A DNA stretch of 64,000 bases from contig MU058289.1 in NCBI GenBank assembly GCA_013265495.1, positions 806,001 through 870,000 of the forward strand. The letters run 5' to 3'. This DNA is from Vicugna vicugna (Eukaryota). Below, piece by piece: positions 24,772 through 36,024 of the stretch. How positions within the stretch are numbered: position 1 is the stretch's first letter; the number at the start of each line of letters is the position of its first letter. The position numbers and the translations under genes were made by a program. The notes under the pieces were generated by a model. That model was not told the origin of the DNA and did not search any database. It saw only the letters and a program-made list of their open reading frames with translations.

Positions 24772-26016
24772 ATCCTCCACAGTTTTTTTTTTCTTTTTCC
24801 CCCCTCTCCTTCAACCATCCTCAGTCCTGAGGGGAACAGGTGTTGGACAAGAAAGGGGAATAACATTTTGGATAGAGAGGTCAATCATACGCTTGGCAGA
24901 GGAACTCGATTTTAGGGGAGCTTGGTTTCACTACGACTGGCTTTGACCACTTTTTCTGAACACATGGACAGAGTTAATAAACATGCTAAGAAAATCAGGG
25001 CTCTGTCTACAAAAGAAAGGGAAGGAAAATGGTTTTGCTTATTAATAATGCAGATTCCTAATTCCTGCTGCTGGTTGCATGGCTACCTACTTCTGGCCTA
25101 ACACTCTGATTCTTCTTTTCTGCTTCAGGTTGAATGAAACCTAAACACTCAGGCCTCATAGACTAGAAGCATCTAGAGAAGGAGTGGCTTCTGAGTGAAA
25201 GAAGCACCTGCCCACATCCCTCAAAGGGAAAGTACCTAAGCTTGACTGTCTGCAAATCTTTGAGGCTTTACTATCAATCAGACCTTGTCTTGCAAGTGAC
25301 TGAATCTCAAACTAGATTAACACAGAGAGAATTTATTAGTTCTTATAATGGAAAAGTCTAGGAGAAACTGGATTTCAGGTATGGCTGAATCCAGGTGCTC
25401 ACACAGTACACTCAGGACTGTGCCTCTCTCCCTCTCTCACCTCTGCTTTCCTCAATATTGAGTTCATTTTCAGGCAAGTCTTTTCCTTCCCCAGCAGCTC
25501 CAGCCTTACAGCCTACCAGATAAGTACCCTGGCAGAACAAAAATCTTTCCCAGCAGTTCCAGCAAAAGTCCTGCAGCTGTCTCTCGTTGGCTTTACTTGG
25601 ATGATGTGCTCATTTCTGGAGCTGGGAAATGGGGTTGTTCCCATCCAAATCACACAGACAAAGAGAAGCGAAGGATGGTGTTTCCCAAAAGAAAATGAGA
25701 AGAGGAAATACATATACAGAGAGAGATAGAGAGAGACCCCCTGGGGGCACGAACCTTTCCTGTTTTGTCCATGAGGAACAATTCAGTTGCTAACAGTGAT
25801 AAGGTGTTAAATTAGCTGGACATGGTCAGGGAAGGCATCTTGGAAGAGGTAACTGTTGGAAGCAGGGCCCTGAAGGGTAAAAGACAGTGTTTCCGGGGGA
25901 GAGACCTACAAGGGCAAAAGACCTGAGGCAAATAACATTTGATGGATGAGTGGATAAATACACGGACGAGTGAATGGATGGATGAATGCCTACAGGCGGG
26001 GACTGTATATGGGAGC

Positions 26017-26484
26017 TGTTGACTGAAATAAATGCACAGCCTAAAAGCTGAGAGTTATTGTTATATTTGGCGGGAGGACTCGAGCCGGGATGACAGCCTC
26101 TCAGATCGCTCTGAAGGACTGCACCGAACAGGCAGGGGAGGAGCTGGGATATATAGGAGCTTTACAACAAAGACCAGGTAGTTGCAACAATAAAGGCTAC
26201 TTGTTATCTAAAGAAAACCAGGCATCTCAAGTTAAAGAATTTGGTGCTTTTCTAGGTATGGGAGGAAGCAAGCATTTGGGCTCATTGAATTCATTCCTTT
26301 GACAAGCATCTAGCTAGCTAGGGCCAATATCCTGTCCTTTCTTATTCTGAGTCCCCTCAGAGGGCACCACTGTGAGTAGCCGCAGAGGTTGGGCTGCAGG
26401 CTTGTCTTCACTGCAGCGGCTGATGACTTGACGGCTTCAGCATTGTTTGTTTACTGATATGGTTTGCAGTATTTTTCGTTCACA
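26017..26484 (-). mobile_element. ERV1-type solo LTR
   Basis: TG...CA termini with a 4-bp TSD GAGC on both sides. Confidence 0.75.
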
Positions 26485-27466
26485 GAGCCCATCTTCCTGC
26501 TCAGAAGGAACCCATGAGCCCTCTAGTAATGAGGGAGCTAGGGTTGGACTGTAGCCTCGAGGGGAAGTGGGGCCTGCAGACATTGCCTGAGAGGAGGAGA
26601 GAGGAAGGGAAGGGGTGTTTGTACCCAAGAGCCAAGAAGAGGGGTGGACAGCGGTCCCTACCTTGGAGATGATGCCCCTCGTCCCTCCCTCTGCTCCTGA
26701 GGCTCCGGGGACTGCCCAGAAACCCCCACCCAGTCTAAAGCTTCCTCTCTCCTCCCTCTCCCACATCATTTTCACTTCCTCTTTTCTGTTCCTCAAACAG
26801 ACCAAGCTTATTCCCACTCCAGGGCCTTTGGGCTGGCTGTGCCCACTGCCTGGCATACCCTTCCCCAAGAACGCTGTGTGTCTAGCTCCTTCTCAGCCCT
26901 CAGGTCTCAGACAAGTGTGCCCTCCCCAGACTGACCACCCCAACTGAACGACCCGCGGCCCCTTCCCACTCACACTGCCCTGCTTTACTTCCTTTCTTGG
27001 AAACTTTCATGCTTGTGAGCCTGTCATAGTCCCAGCTGCCGCCCCAGTTCCCAGCACAAAGCCTGGCACAGAGTAGGTGCTCTGAGGGCTCCAGATCTAG
27101 TAGCTTGGAGCCCCTCAGTGCCAGGGATCTAACCCCACTGTGCTCCCTGCTGTTCTACCCAGTGTGATGGTGCCCTCTCTGCGCCTCAGTTGCCTCCTCT
27201 GTAAAATGGGCACAGCAACAGACGCGACCTCTGAGGACAAGCAGCCTGGCTCACAGTAGATGCCCCCTAAGGCCAGCCTCTGTATTGTTATTATTACCAT
27301 CCCAGGCTTGTTGTGAATTCTATTGGAGGGAACTGGGCATGGATTCTAGCCGCACTGGGGCTTCCTGGCTTTGTGACCCTGTTCTAATGATCTCCCCTCA
27401 CTGGGGCTATTTCTTTCTCAGTAAAAATGGGGCTCCCTGCAGCACTGCCACGCTCCTCCATTCCCC

Positions 27467-27468
27467 AC

Positions 27469-27502
<34 letters not shown>

Positions 27503-27512
27503 ATGACACACA
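27467..27512. repeat. (CA)n microsatellite
   Basis: Imperfect CA run. Confidence 0.9.
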
Positions 27513-28099
27513 CAGAGCTGTGGTACAGGCTTAATGAGCTCACACAGATAAAAGTGTAGCACTCCTGGCAGCAAATGGAAAGTGATTTATGATGTAATTT
27601 GTTCTGCCAACTATAATCTTGAGAAGAGTTTCTTGGCGGGACAGGTGACCTCACCAATGATCTTCAACCTTCCTCCTACTCTTACCTCAGCTTTCAAGGG
27701 CCAGCAAAGGGCCAGCTGTTCCCTGCATGTAGGGAGGATGGGGGCAGCAGGTATCAGCCTCATGGTGCTCTCTGCCCTGCCCAGGTGGGTGCAGCTGGAT
27801 GGAAAGGGCTCCCACTTATTGCCAAGGGGATTCGGGGTGAGGCTGGGGAGAGCAGGAAGTTCCCTGGCCTCCAGGATCTCCCTCTCTCTCTCTCAGTCTC
27901 AGTCTTAGAGCTCAATGGTCTTAACCCTTAGTTTCCTGGGGGATGGGAGACAGGGATCTGGGAAGGCCAGGTGGTTTTGTTTTGTTTTGTTTTAAGACTT
28001 TGGTCTTAAAACTGGTAGAGCGTGCAACAAACATATGAAGCCTGATACAGTGTTCTTACTTTGGAAAAACATTTGCAAAGAAGGATGTGGGAAACAAAA

Positions 28100-29720
28100 T
28101 AAAACTCTTAAACGAAAAAAGCATTGCTATCTGATTTTAAAATAAGCTAAAGACCTGAACAGACACCTCACCAAAGAAGATATACAGATGGCAAATAAGT
28201 GCATGAAAAGGTGCTCCACATCACACGTCATTAGGGAAATGCAAATTAAAACAACAGGGAGATACCACTGCACAGCCCTCAGAATGGCCAAAATCCAAAA
28301 CACTGGCATCACCAAACGCTGGCAAGGAAACTGAGCCATAGGAACTCTCATTCACTGCTGATGGAAACGCAAAATGGAACAGCCAGGTTGGAAGAGAGTT
28401 TGTCAGTTTCTTTCAAAGCTAAACATATTCTTACTACATGATCCAGCAAATGCACTCCTTGGTATTTCCCCCAAGGAGCTGAAAACTTATGTCCACGCAA
28501 AATCCTGCACACAACATTTATAGCACCTTTATTCATAATTGCCAAGACCTGGAAGCAACCAAGACGTCCTTCAGAAGGTGAATGAATTAACAAACTGCGA
28601 TACATGCAGACAATGGAATATTAAGCAGCACTAAAAGGAAATGAGCTATCAAGCTGATGCAGGATAACAGATGTGGGGCGTGAGGAGGGCCAAGTCCCAG
28701 GTCTCAGTTGAGCCCCTGGGACGTGCCCCGCCAAGAGTAGATCCTTGGCTTCACGCAGTAAAGAATTCAAGCGCGAGCCACTGTTGAGTAAAAGTCGATT
28801 TATTTAGAGAGATACACACTGCATACAGTGTAAAGCAAGAGAAAGGCAAGGAAAGAGGTGTGGGAATTGGGTGCTCAGGTTAAAGTAAAAGTGGGTACAC
28901 ACTCCATAAACAGAGTGCGGGCCGTCTCCAAAGAGGAGGGAGTGAAAAAAGTTGGCATGGTGTTGTCAGCTTATATGGTCTCAGTAGCTTCACATGCCTA
29001 CAGGTGGGACCATTCCAACTGCCCTGGGGAAGGGGCTGGGATTCCCAGAAATTGGGCCACTGCTCATTCTTTGGCCTTTTGTGGTTAGCCTTGGGGTTGT
29101 CATGGCGCCTGCAGGCATGTTATTTATCATGCTGTTACAATGAGCATGTAATGAAGCTCAAGGTCTCCTAGAAGTCAAACCTCCCAACTTAATCCTCAAG
29201 GCCAACTGGGAGTTGAATCTTCCACCATTCTGGTGTTAAATTGCTGTCATTCCTTGAGTGGCTGTGCCCTGCCTCCTCCCATCCTGTCTCAAAGCCATGA
29301 AATACAGGGAAGAAACTTAAACGCATATTTCTAAGTGAAAGAAGCCAATCTGAAAAGCTACATGCTGTATGATTCCAACCATATGATGTTTGGAAAAGGC
29401 AAACTGTGGAGACAGTAAAAAAAAAAAAGATCAGTGGTTGCTAACAGTGAGGGAAGGATGAATAGACAGAGTGCAGAGGATTTTTAGAGCAAGGAAACTA
29501 TTTTGTACTGTACCACAATAATGGATACGTGTCACTATACATTTCTGCAAACCTACAGAATGTACAACACTAAGAGTGAATGGTAATGCAAACTACAGAC
29601 TTTGGGTGATTATGATGTGTCACGTGTAGGTTCATCGATTGTAACAAATGGACCACTCTGGTGGGAGATATTAATAATGGGGAGGTTGTTCTTGTGTGGG
29701 GAGATGGAGTGTATGAGAAC
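28100..29720 (+). mobile_element. Old L1 (L1MC-like) 3' portion, interrupted by an LTR
   Basis: L1 ORF2-end motifs (AAAGAAGATATACAGATGGCAAATAAG) continue colinearly on both sides of the LTR at 28655-29291. Confidence 0.8.
28655..29291 (-). mobile_element. ERV1-type solo LTR (637 bp)
   Basis: TG...CA termini and TSD AAGC; homologous in inverted orientation to 30344-30975. Confidence 0.85.
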
Positions 29721-30343
29721 TCCTGTTTATTAACTTTAAAAAGTTTATTAATTAAAAAAAAAAAACCATTGCTGTCAACCACAGTGGCTTTCAAACTTTC
29801 TCAACTCTAAGAAAGTCACTTGCTTCATAACTCACAACAAAAGTTTCCCAGAACAACTCTTTCTGACAGCCTGAGACAAATGCTGATACTTCGAAGTTTC
29901 TCTTCTCTTCTACCTGATTTCATTTTTAAAAATGCCTGTCATGACCTTCCAAACCGATCTTGTGAGCCACTAATGAGTCACTACCCATAGTTTGCAAAGC
30001 TCTAATTATACACACACATAAGGATCATTTAACACCAGGAAAAAGTGGGAAAGTTGGACCCATAGACCATTCCTTTATACTGAATACATTTCACTTGATG
30101 AAAACATCATAGTTTGCTTTAAAAAAAAAAAATCAGGCAGATGGAGGGTGTGCCATGGATACGCACAGAAAGGGAAAGCTAGCTCTGTGGGACTAATTTT
30201 ATTAATTCATTCACTCATTCAACAAATCTGTGGTGGGTGAGGGGTTGTGGACCGCAGTGGTGGGCTGGAGCCGGCTCTTACAAGCTGGCAAGAGTCGATT
30301 GTTAGTTTTTTTTGAATTTTGGTTGAAATCACTTTGGTGGCTT

Positions 30344-30975
30344 TGAGACAAGAGGGAAGGGGGCAGGGCACAGCCAATCAAGGAATGACAGCAACCAAAA
30401 TGGTGGAAGATGCACCTGCTAGTTGGCCTTAAAGATTAAAAGGTTTGACTTTTAGTAGACCTTGAGCTTCATTATATGCTCATTGTAACAATGTGATCAA
30501 ATAACATGCCCGCAGGCGCCATGACAGCCCCAAGGCTAACCGCAAAAGGCCAAAGAATGGGCGGTGGCCCAGTTCCTGGGAATCCCAGCCCCTTCCCCAG
30601 GGCAGTTGGATTGATCCCACCTGTAGGCGTGTGAAGCTGCTGAGACCATAAAAAGTGACACCACCACGCCTTGTGGCCCTTGGCACTCTCTCTCCCTTTT
30701 GGAGATGGCCCGCACTCTGTCTACGGAGTGTGTACCCACTTTTACTTTAACCTGAGCACCCAATTCCCACATCTCTTTCCTTGCCTTTCTCTTGCCTTAT
30801 ACTCTGTGCAATGTGTATCTCTCTAAATAAATCTACCTTTACTCAACGGTGGCTCGCACTTGAATTCTTTCCTGCGTGAAGCCAAGGACCCATTCTTGGC
30901 GGGGCACGTCCCAGAGGCTCAACTGAGACCTGGGACTTGGCCCTCCTCACGCCCCACATCTGTTTTCCTGTGTCA
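30344..30975 (+). mobile_element. ERV1-type solo LTR (632 bp), same family as 28655-29291
   Basis: TGAGACA...TGTCA termini, TSD GCTT, CATAAAA TATA-like motif and AATAAA. Inserted in an old DNA-transposon-like sequence. Confidence 0.85.
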
Positions 30976-31324
30976 GCTTGAAATTGGCAACGGTGGGAGA
31001 TTTACACCGTGGAAATTAGCAAATGCTATCAATCAGTTCTCACACCCCCTCCCCTCCAACATTGGAAGATCTCTTCTGTCTTCCTAATGAAATACGAGGG
31101 CTTCTAACTGGCAGCACTGAATCCTATAAGGGGCATTTGCAGGATACAGTATTAACTTTTTCATCTCTACCCTGTGGGAAGATGGCACTGGCTACACCTA
31201 GAGCCAGCTCCCCAGTTATGCACACACAGTGGGTCGGCCCGTCCCTGGTTCTGCCCTGGAGGGTGTCAGGCGTTCTCCTGAGCAGGTGACACCTCAAGTC
31301 CAGGCTGTGCTCCAGGCGGGGCAC

Positions 31325-32030
31325 GTGAGATATTTTTAGGCCCCAAACAATGTTAACTCATATTGAATTGCATCACGAGAGAGTAAATCCCTTTTTGATG
31401 TCTTTTAATCCATCAAATGATATGAGTGAGGAAGACTCCAAGTGGTAAAGACTTAACCTTACCCATAGAGAGGGCTAGTTAGCTTTTGTACTCAGCTCCT
31501 GAGAGGTAATCTCTAAGACCCCGGAATCTCTTGCCTGAAAAGACTGTTTACCTGGTGACCTTGGACCAGCTCAGACAGTTTCTGACAATGGGATTGATGG
31601 TGGGGACTTTGGGTCACAGGTATCAGCCTAACCTCCAGAGGTGAGCTGGACGCTAAGGTGACCACGTGGGTGGTCAGTCATGCCTTGGTGACTGCACTCC
31701 AATAAAAACTCTGGACACCAACGTTTGTGGGAGCTGCCCTGGTTGGCACTACTCTGTGTGTACGGTTACACTTCATCGCCTGAAGTTAGCACCATCCACA
31801 GCTCCACTGGGAGAGGCCAACTGGAGGCTTTGTGCCTGAATTCTCCTGGACTCACGGAGCCCCATGTGTCTCCTCCCTTGGCTCATTCTATTCTGGTTCC
31901 TTTCACTGCAATAAGCCATAACAGTGAGTATAATGGCTTTCCGTGAGTTCTGTGAGTCCTTCTGGTGAATTATTGAACCCAAGGGTGGACCTAGGGACAC
32001 TTAAATTTGCAGTTGGTGCCAGAAGGGGGG
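31325..32030 (+). mobile_element. Old LTR (MER21-like)
   Basis: CAATAAAAACTCTGGACAC and GTGAGTTCTGTGAGTCCTTCT motifs, as recalled from the MER21 group. Boundaries are approximate. Confidence 0.5.
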
Positions 32031-33065
32031 GTGCCCTTGGGCCTCCCAAACTCTGCAGTGTCTTTGGGCAGCAAGAGAACAATCACACCCCTGACACCGG
32101 ATGGTCTCCTCCATCAGAGCGGACTCTGGCCTCTGGCTCGAGCCTGCAGCCAGCAACTCCGTGTCCAACTAGAACGCAGTGTCGGGCCAGCTGACGTCCT
32201 TCAAAGTCCAATGACCCCCATTTCTGGGCTCTCAGATGTCTGCCTGTGACCCCTCAACAGATAAAGTACATTCTTTACTGGGCGTGTTTGCCCTAACAAA
32301 CTGATAGCCCTAGGCAATGCCTAATCTCACAGTAGCTCAGGCTGGCTTGTTGCGCCCACCTTATCAGTCATCAACCCCACCGCCCTTCACGGACCCTAAA
32401 CCTCTTACCTCACTTACATCCAATCAGAGACTAGTGCACAAGCCGATCAGCCCCCCTGGGACCAGACCTTACAAAAGACCCAAACAACTGGCCCTCAGTG
32501 CTCACGCAGGCACCTCTCGCCTGTGTGGCCCACTGTGGTCTGTGGCAGTGAACTCCTAATAAACTCCTTTTCTATTCTCATACTTTATCTCTGTCAAATT
32601 CTTTTACCAACCCTCACGTCACCACGTCACCAACCAGCCCATCACCACCACCATTGTGTCCCACAACACACAGTACATCTTTTTCCTTTTTTGTCTTCAT
32701 TGGATATTTATCTTCATGGCTGCCCTCTATTTATATCAAACAGTACTAGTTTTCCATATATGATCGTGCACTTTTAAATGTATTTAAGTTAAAAAGGGAG
32801 TTGATTTTTTTTTAAGTGAATAATAGTACAGGCAGGGTGAGAATGTGGCAGAAATTGCGAAGAGGGTGTGGGATGATTGACGTTTGGGAAATACAGTCCT
32901 AGAGACCCTTCCACGTACTTGTGAGGCCACCCAGCCAAGGGGTGAATGTGGCTGCCAGCATTTCCTGTTCTGAGAAGGTAAATTAGTGTTTTCCCTTTCC
33001 CCAGTGCTTTTCAATAGTTTTAAAAAGCCACCTGCAGTATGAAATACATCATCATTATGTATATC

Positions 33066-33147
33066 ATTAGGTTGAGCCATATGAAATTGTTATGCTTATC
33101 GGTCAAAAAAAATTGAATAGTGACAATTTCATATGACTGAATTTAAT
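33066..33147. mobile_element. Mariner-derived MITE (MADE2-like)
   Basis: About 80-bp imperfect palindrome TTAGGTTGAGCCATATGAAATTG...CAATTTCATATGACTGAATTTAA. Confidence 0.7.
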
Positions 33148-33299
33148 AGATATAACACATCACACGTGAATATGCACATGTATGTGTATGTGTACATATA
33201 TAACATAGGCTATATTTATGAATAATATTCCCTCCTGATTGGTTAGACCTCTGTTCAGATTAGTAGGTGGTGGGTGTCAATCAAAAATTACTTTCAGGT

Positions 33300-33420
33300 G
33301 GGGAAGGGTAGAGCTCAGTGGTAGAGTGCTTGCTTAGCGTACACAAGGTCCTGAGTTCAATCCCCAGTACCTCCATTAAAAAAATAAATAAATAAACCTA
33401 ATTACCCCTCTCCCCCCAAA
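33300..33420 (+). mobile_element. tRNA-derived SINE (vic-1-like)
   Basis: A and B boxes plus the AAATAAATAAACCTAATTACCCC tail. Confidence 0.85.
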
Positions 33421-34710
33421 AATACTGTTAGCATCCCCTTATATATGTCATGTATGATATATATCACATATATAATATGCATATATTACATACGCGTGTA
33501 CACATATGTCACATATAGACATAAACAATATATATCGCGTGCAATATATGTGCTTGCTTTCACTGAATTCATCTTTACGGCTGTCTTCATTATTGCTTCT
33601 TATATGAAGCAATAATGGTTTTCCGCATATCGTTGTGTCTTTTAAAATACATTTGTTTAAGTTAAAAGGGGAGTCCTCTTAAAAAATGAAAAATAATACA
33701 GGTGGGATGAAAATGTGGCAAAAACTGAGATTATATGTATATAAAGTCATATTATTTGTGATATATTTTGATATTTTCTTTTCTACTTTATTACTGATTT
33801 TTTTTTCTTTTTTTTTTGAAATGCTACTTACAGCCCACTAAACTGATTTTGCAACCCATGAACAGGCTGTGACCTCAAGTTTGTGAAACACTGTTATGTA
33901 ACCCCCTTGAACAGAACCTTGTATCTGCTTTGGTGTGATGACCCTTGAACCTGGGTAGAGCCCCTGCCCCAGGCCCGGCCCTTCAGAAGACTTGCTCCCA
34001 CCTAATCTGGTTCACCCCCTCCCCAAGGGCTGCAGAACCCAGAGGCCTTTAGGAAGTGCCCACTGGAGCACATGCTCCTTCTCCACCAGCCTCTGGTCCC
34101 CAGGACCCCGGAACTCCCTGCCCAAATTGCTCTGAGCCCACTGCAGGGCCTGCGGGGCCTTCTTTGTGGACACACCCATAGACCAAGAAGGCAGCCCAGA
34201 GGCAGTCAGTTGTGGGTAGAGGTGGGATGGAGCTTGGTGTGTGGGCTGGGGTATCCACATGCATGTGCTGGAGGGACCAGGAGTGGGGAATAAAGGGGGT
34301 CACCGTGAGCCTGGGACCTCCATTGTGCCCTCCCAGTTATCAGTGCTCCCCCCCAGTGTCAGGGGAGAGCCGGCTTTGGACGCCAGGCTCTGCACACGGG
34401 CCAGGCCAGGGGTCTCAGTCCTCCGTAGGTGGAATCCTCTTAGTGAGAGCTTACCCTCTCACTGACCAGTCTTGCCCCGCGCTTCCTGTCACCTCACCCC
34501 AGGCTGGCTTCTTTCACTGAATCCCCACCTTGGCTGTTGAGTCTGTGATTCCCTCAGTTTACTTTCGGGGTCCCTTCCCAGCCCCTGCCACTTTCTTCCA
34601 CTCATAGCACCCACCCCCACTCCCAGCCCCACCTCCGTGCACTGCCCTTCCCCCGCCCCACCCCACAAGAGTCAGGAATGATCAGAGACCACGAGCAAAG
34701 AACACAGTGC

Positions 34711-34716
34711 TTTACT
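34711..34716 (-). terminator. Candidate variant poly(A) signal AGTAAA of FXYD5
   Basis: AGTAAA on the - strand about 265 nt after the stop, followed by GU/U-rich sequence. Confidence 0.45.
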
Positions 34717-34978
34717 TCTTGTCTGAACAAGACGCATAACTTGCGGAGCCATGCCCGGGGAGCCAGGCAGCTTTCAGGGAGAGCAGGGCTGGGAGAGTAG
34801 GGCGCTCGGCCACCAGCCCCAGCTCAGGCTCCATCCATGCCTTCCCTCTCGGGCTGGGCTTTACTGACTACTCTGTAGGTTCTACGAGGGAAGGAGAGGG
34901 AGGGAGGACGGGCACAGTGAGCTGGTGGGGAGTCAGCCTCTGGGCGCCCATCCAGTCAACAGTCCCCGTTCCGTGGAC

Positions 34979-35993
34979 TCACCTGTCAGAATTCCGGCAT
35001 AATCGGGGCAACTGCCTACACTTGCCACCTGCGGGCGAAGGAAATGGTTCAGTCGTGAGTTGGGACAATGTCGATTATCACATGTGCTCTGGGTGCCTGA
35101 GGACAAGGCCCATCCACCCTGCCCCTCCGGAGGCTCCAAAGCCACTGTGAGCAAGTGACGAGAAGCCAGCAGGAGAGCTGGTGCAAGGGCCTCAGGGAGG
35201 AGCTCCCCACACACACAGAGCGGCCCTCTGAAAACTCATCCTAGCTTGTGTGTTACTGCTGTGTTCAGTAAATATTTACTGTGCACCTACTCTGTGCCAG
35301 GCAGTGATCTAGGCACTGGGGACACAGCTGGGACAAGAATTAATAAGATCCTTCCCTTAGTAGAGCTGACTTTCTAGTGGGGGAGACCCACAGTGAGAAA
35401 AAGAACTAAGTCAAGCGTACAGATGGTGATGAGTCGATGGTGATGCGTGCTATGAAGAAAAACAAAACAAGGAAGGAGGCAGGGAGGCCCAGAAGCTGGT
35501 GGCATCCTCGTGGAGATGATTGGAGGGGCTTCACTGAGGAGGTAACATTAAGCAAAGACCTGAAGGAGGTGACGGGGGATCCATGTGGGTACCTGGGGGA
35601 AGGGTGTTCAAGGCATAGGGAACAGCCACTGCAAAGACTCTGAGGCAAGAGTAGACAGATGGATTTAAGGGACAGGGGGCTGGGCCAAAGCAAATGAGGG
35701 GGATCTTAGAAAACAAAAGGGGCTTTAGAAAACAGCCCTCTACCATCGCCTGGCTGCCACCCTTGCCTCCCCCTCCCTGGTCCTCCAACCTTGCCTCCTA
35801 CTCTGCTCCTGCTCACACTGCCCCGGCCACCCTGGCCTCTTCCAGTGGTTACTGTGACATGCTCAGCTTATTCCTGCCTCCGGGGTCTTGCACTTATTGC
35901 TCCCTCTACCTCCTTTTATTTTAAAGGTTTCTTTTTTGTTTGTTTGTTTGTTGGGGGGGGTAATTAGGTTTATTTATCTGTTTGTTTGCTTGT

Positions 35994-36024
<31 letters not shown>

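Noticed and set aside
28858..30772. Two similar ORFs starting MWELGAQVKVKVGTHS
   Set aside because: Chance translation of the two homologous LTRs, not duplicated genes.
32700..33730. Apparent local duplication (about 32705-32870 versus 33570-33730)
   Set aside because: Highly diverged, and a similar sequence occurs near 53000-53170, consistent with separate copies of an old DNA transposon.
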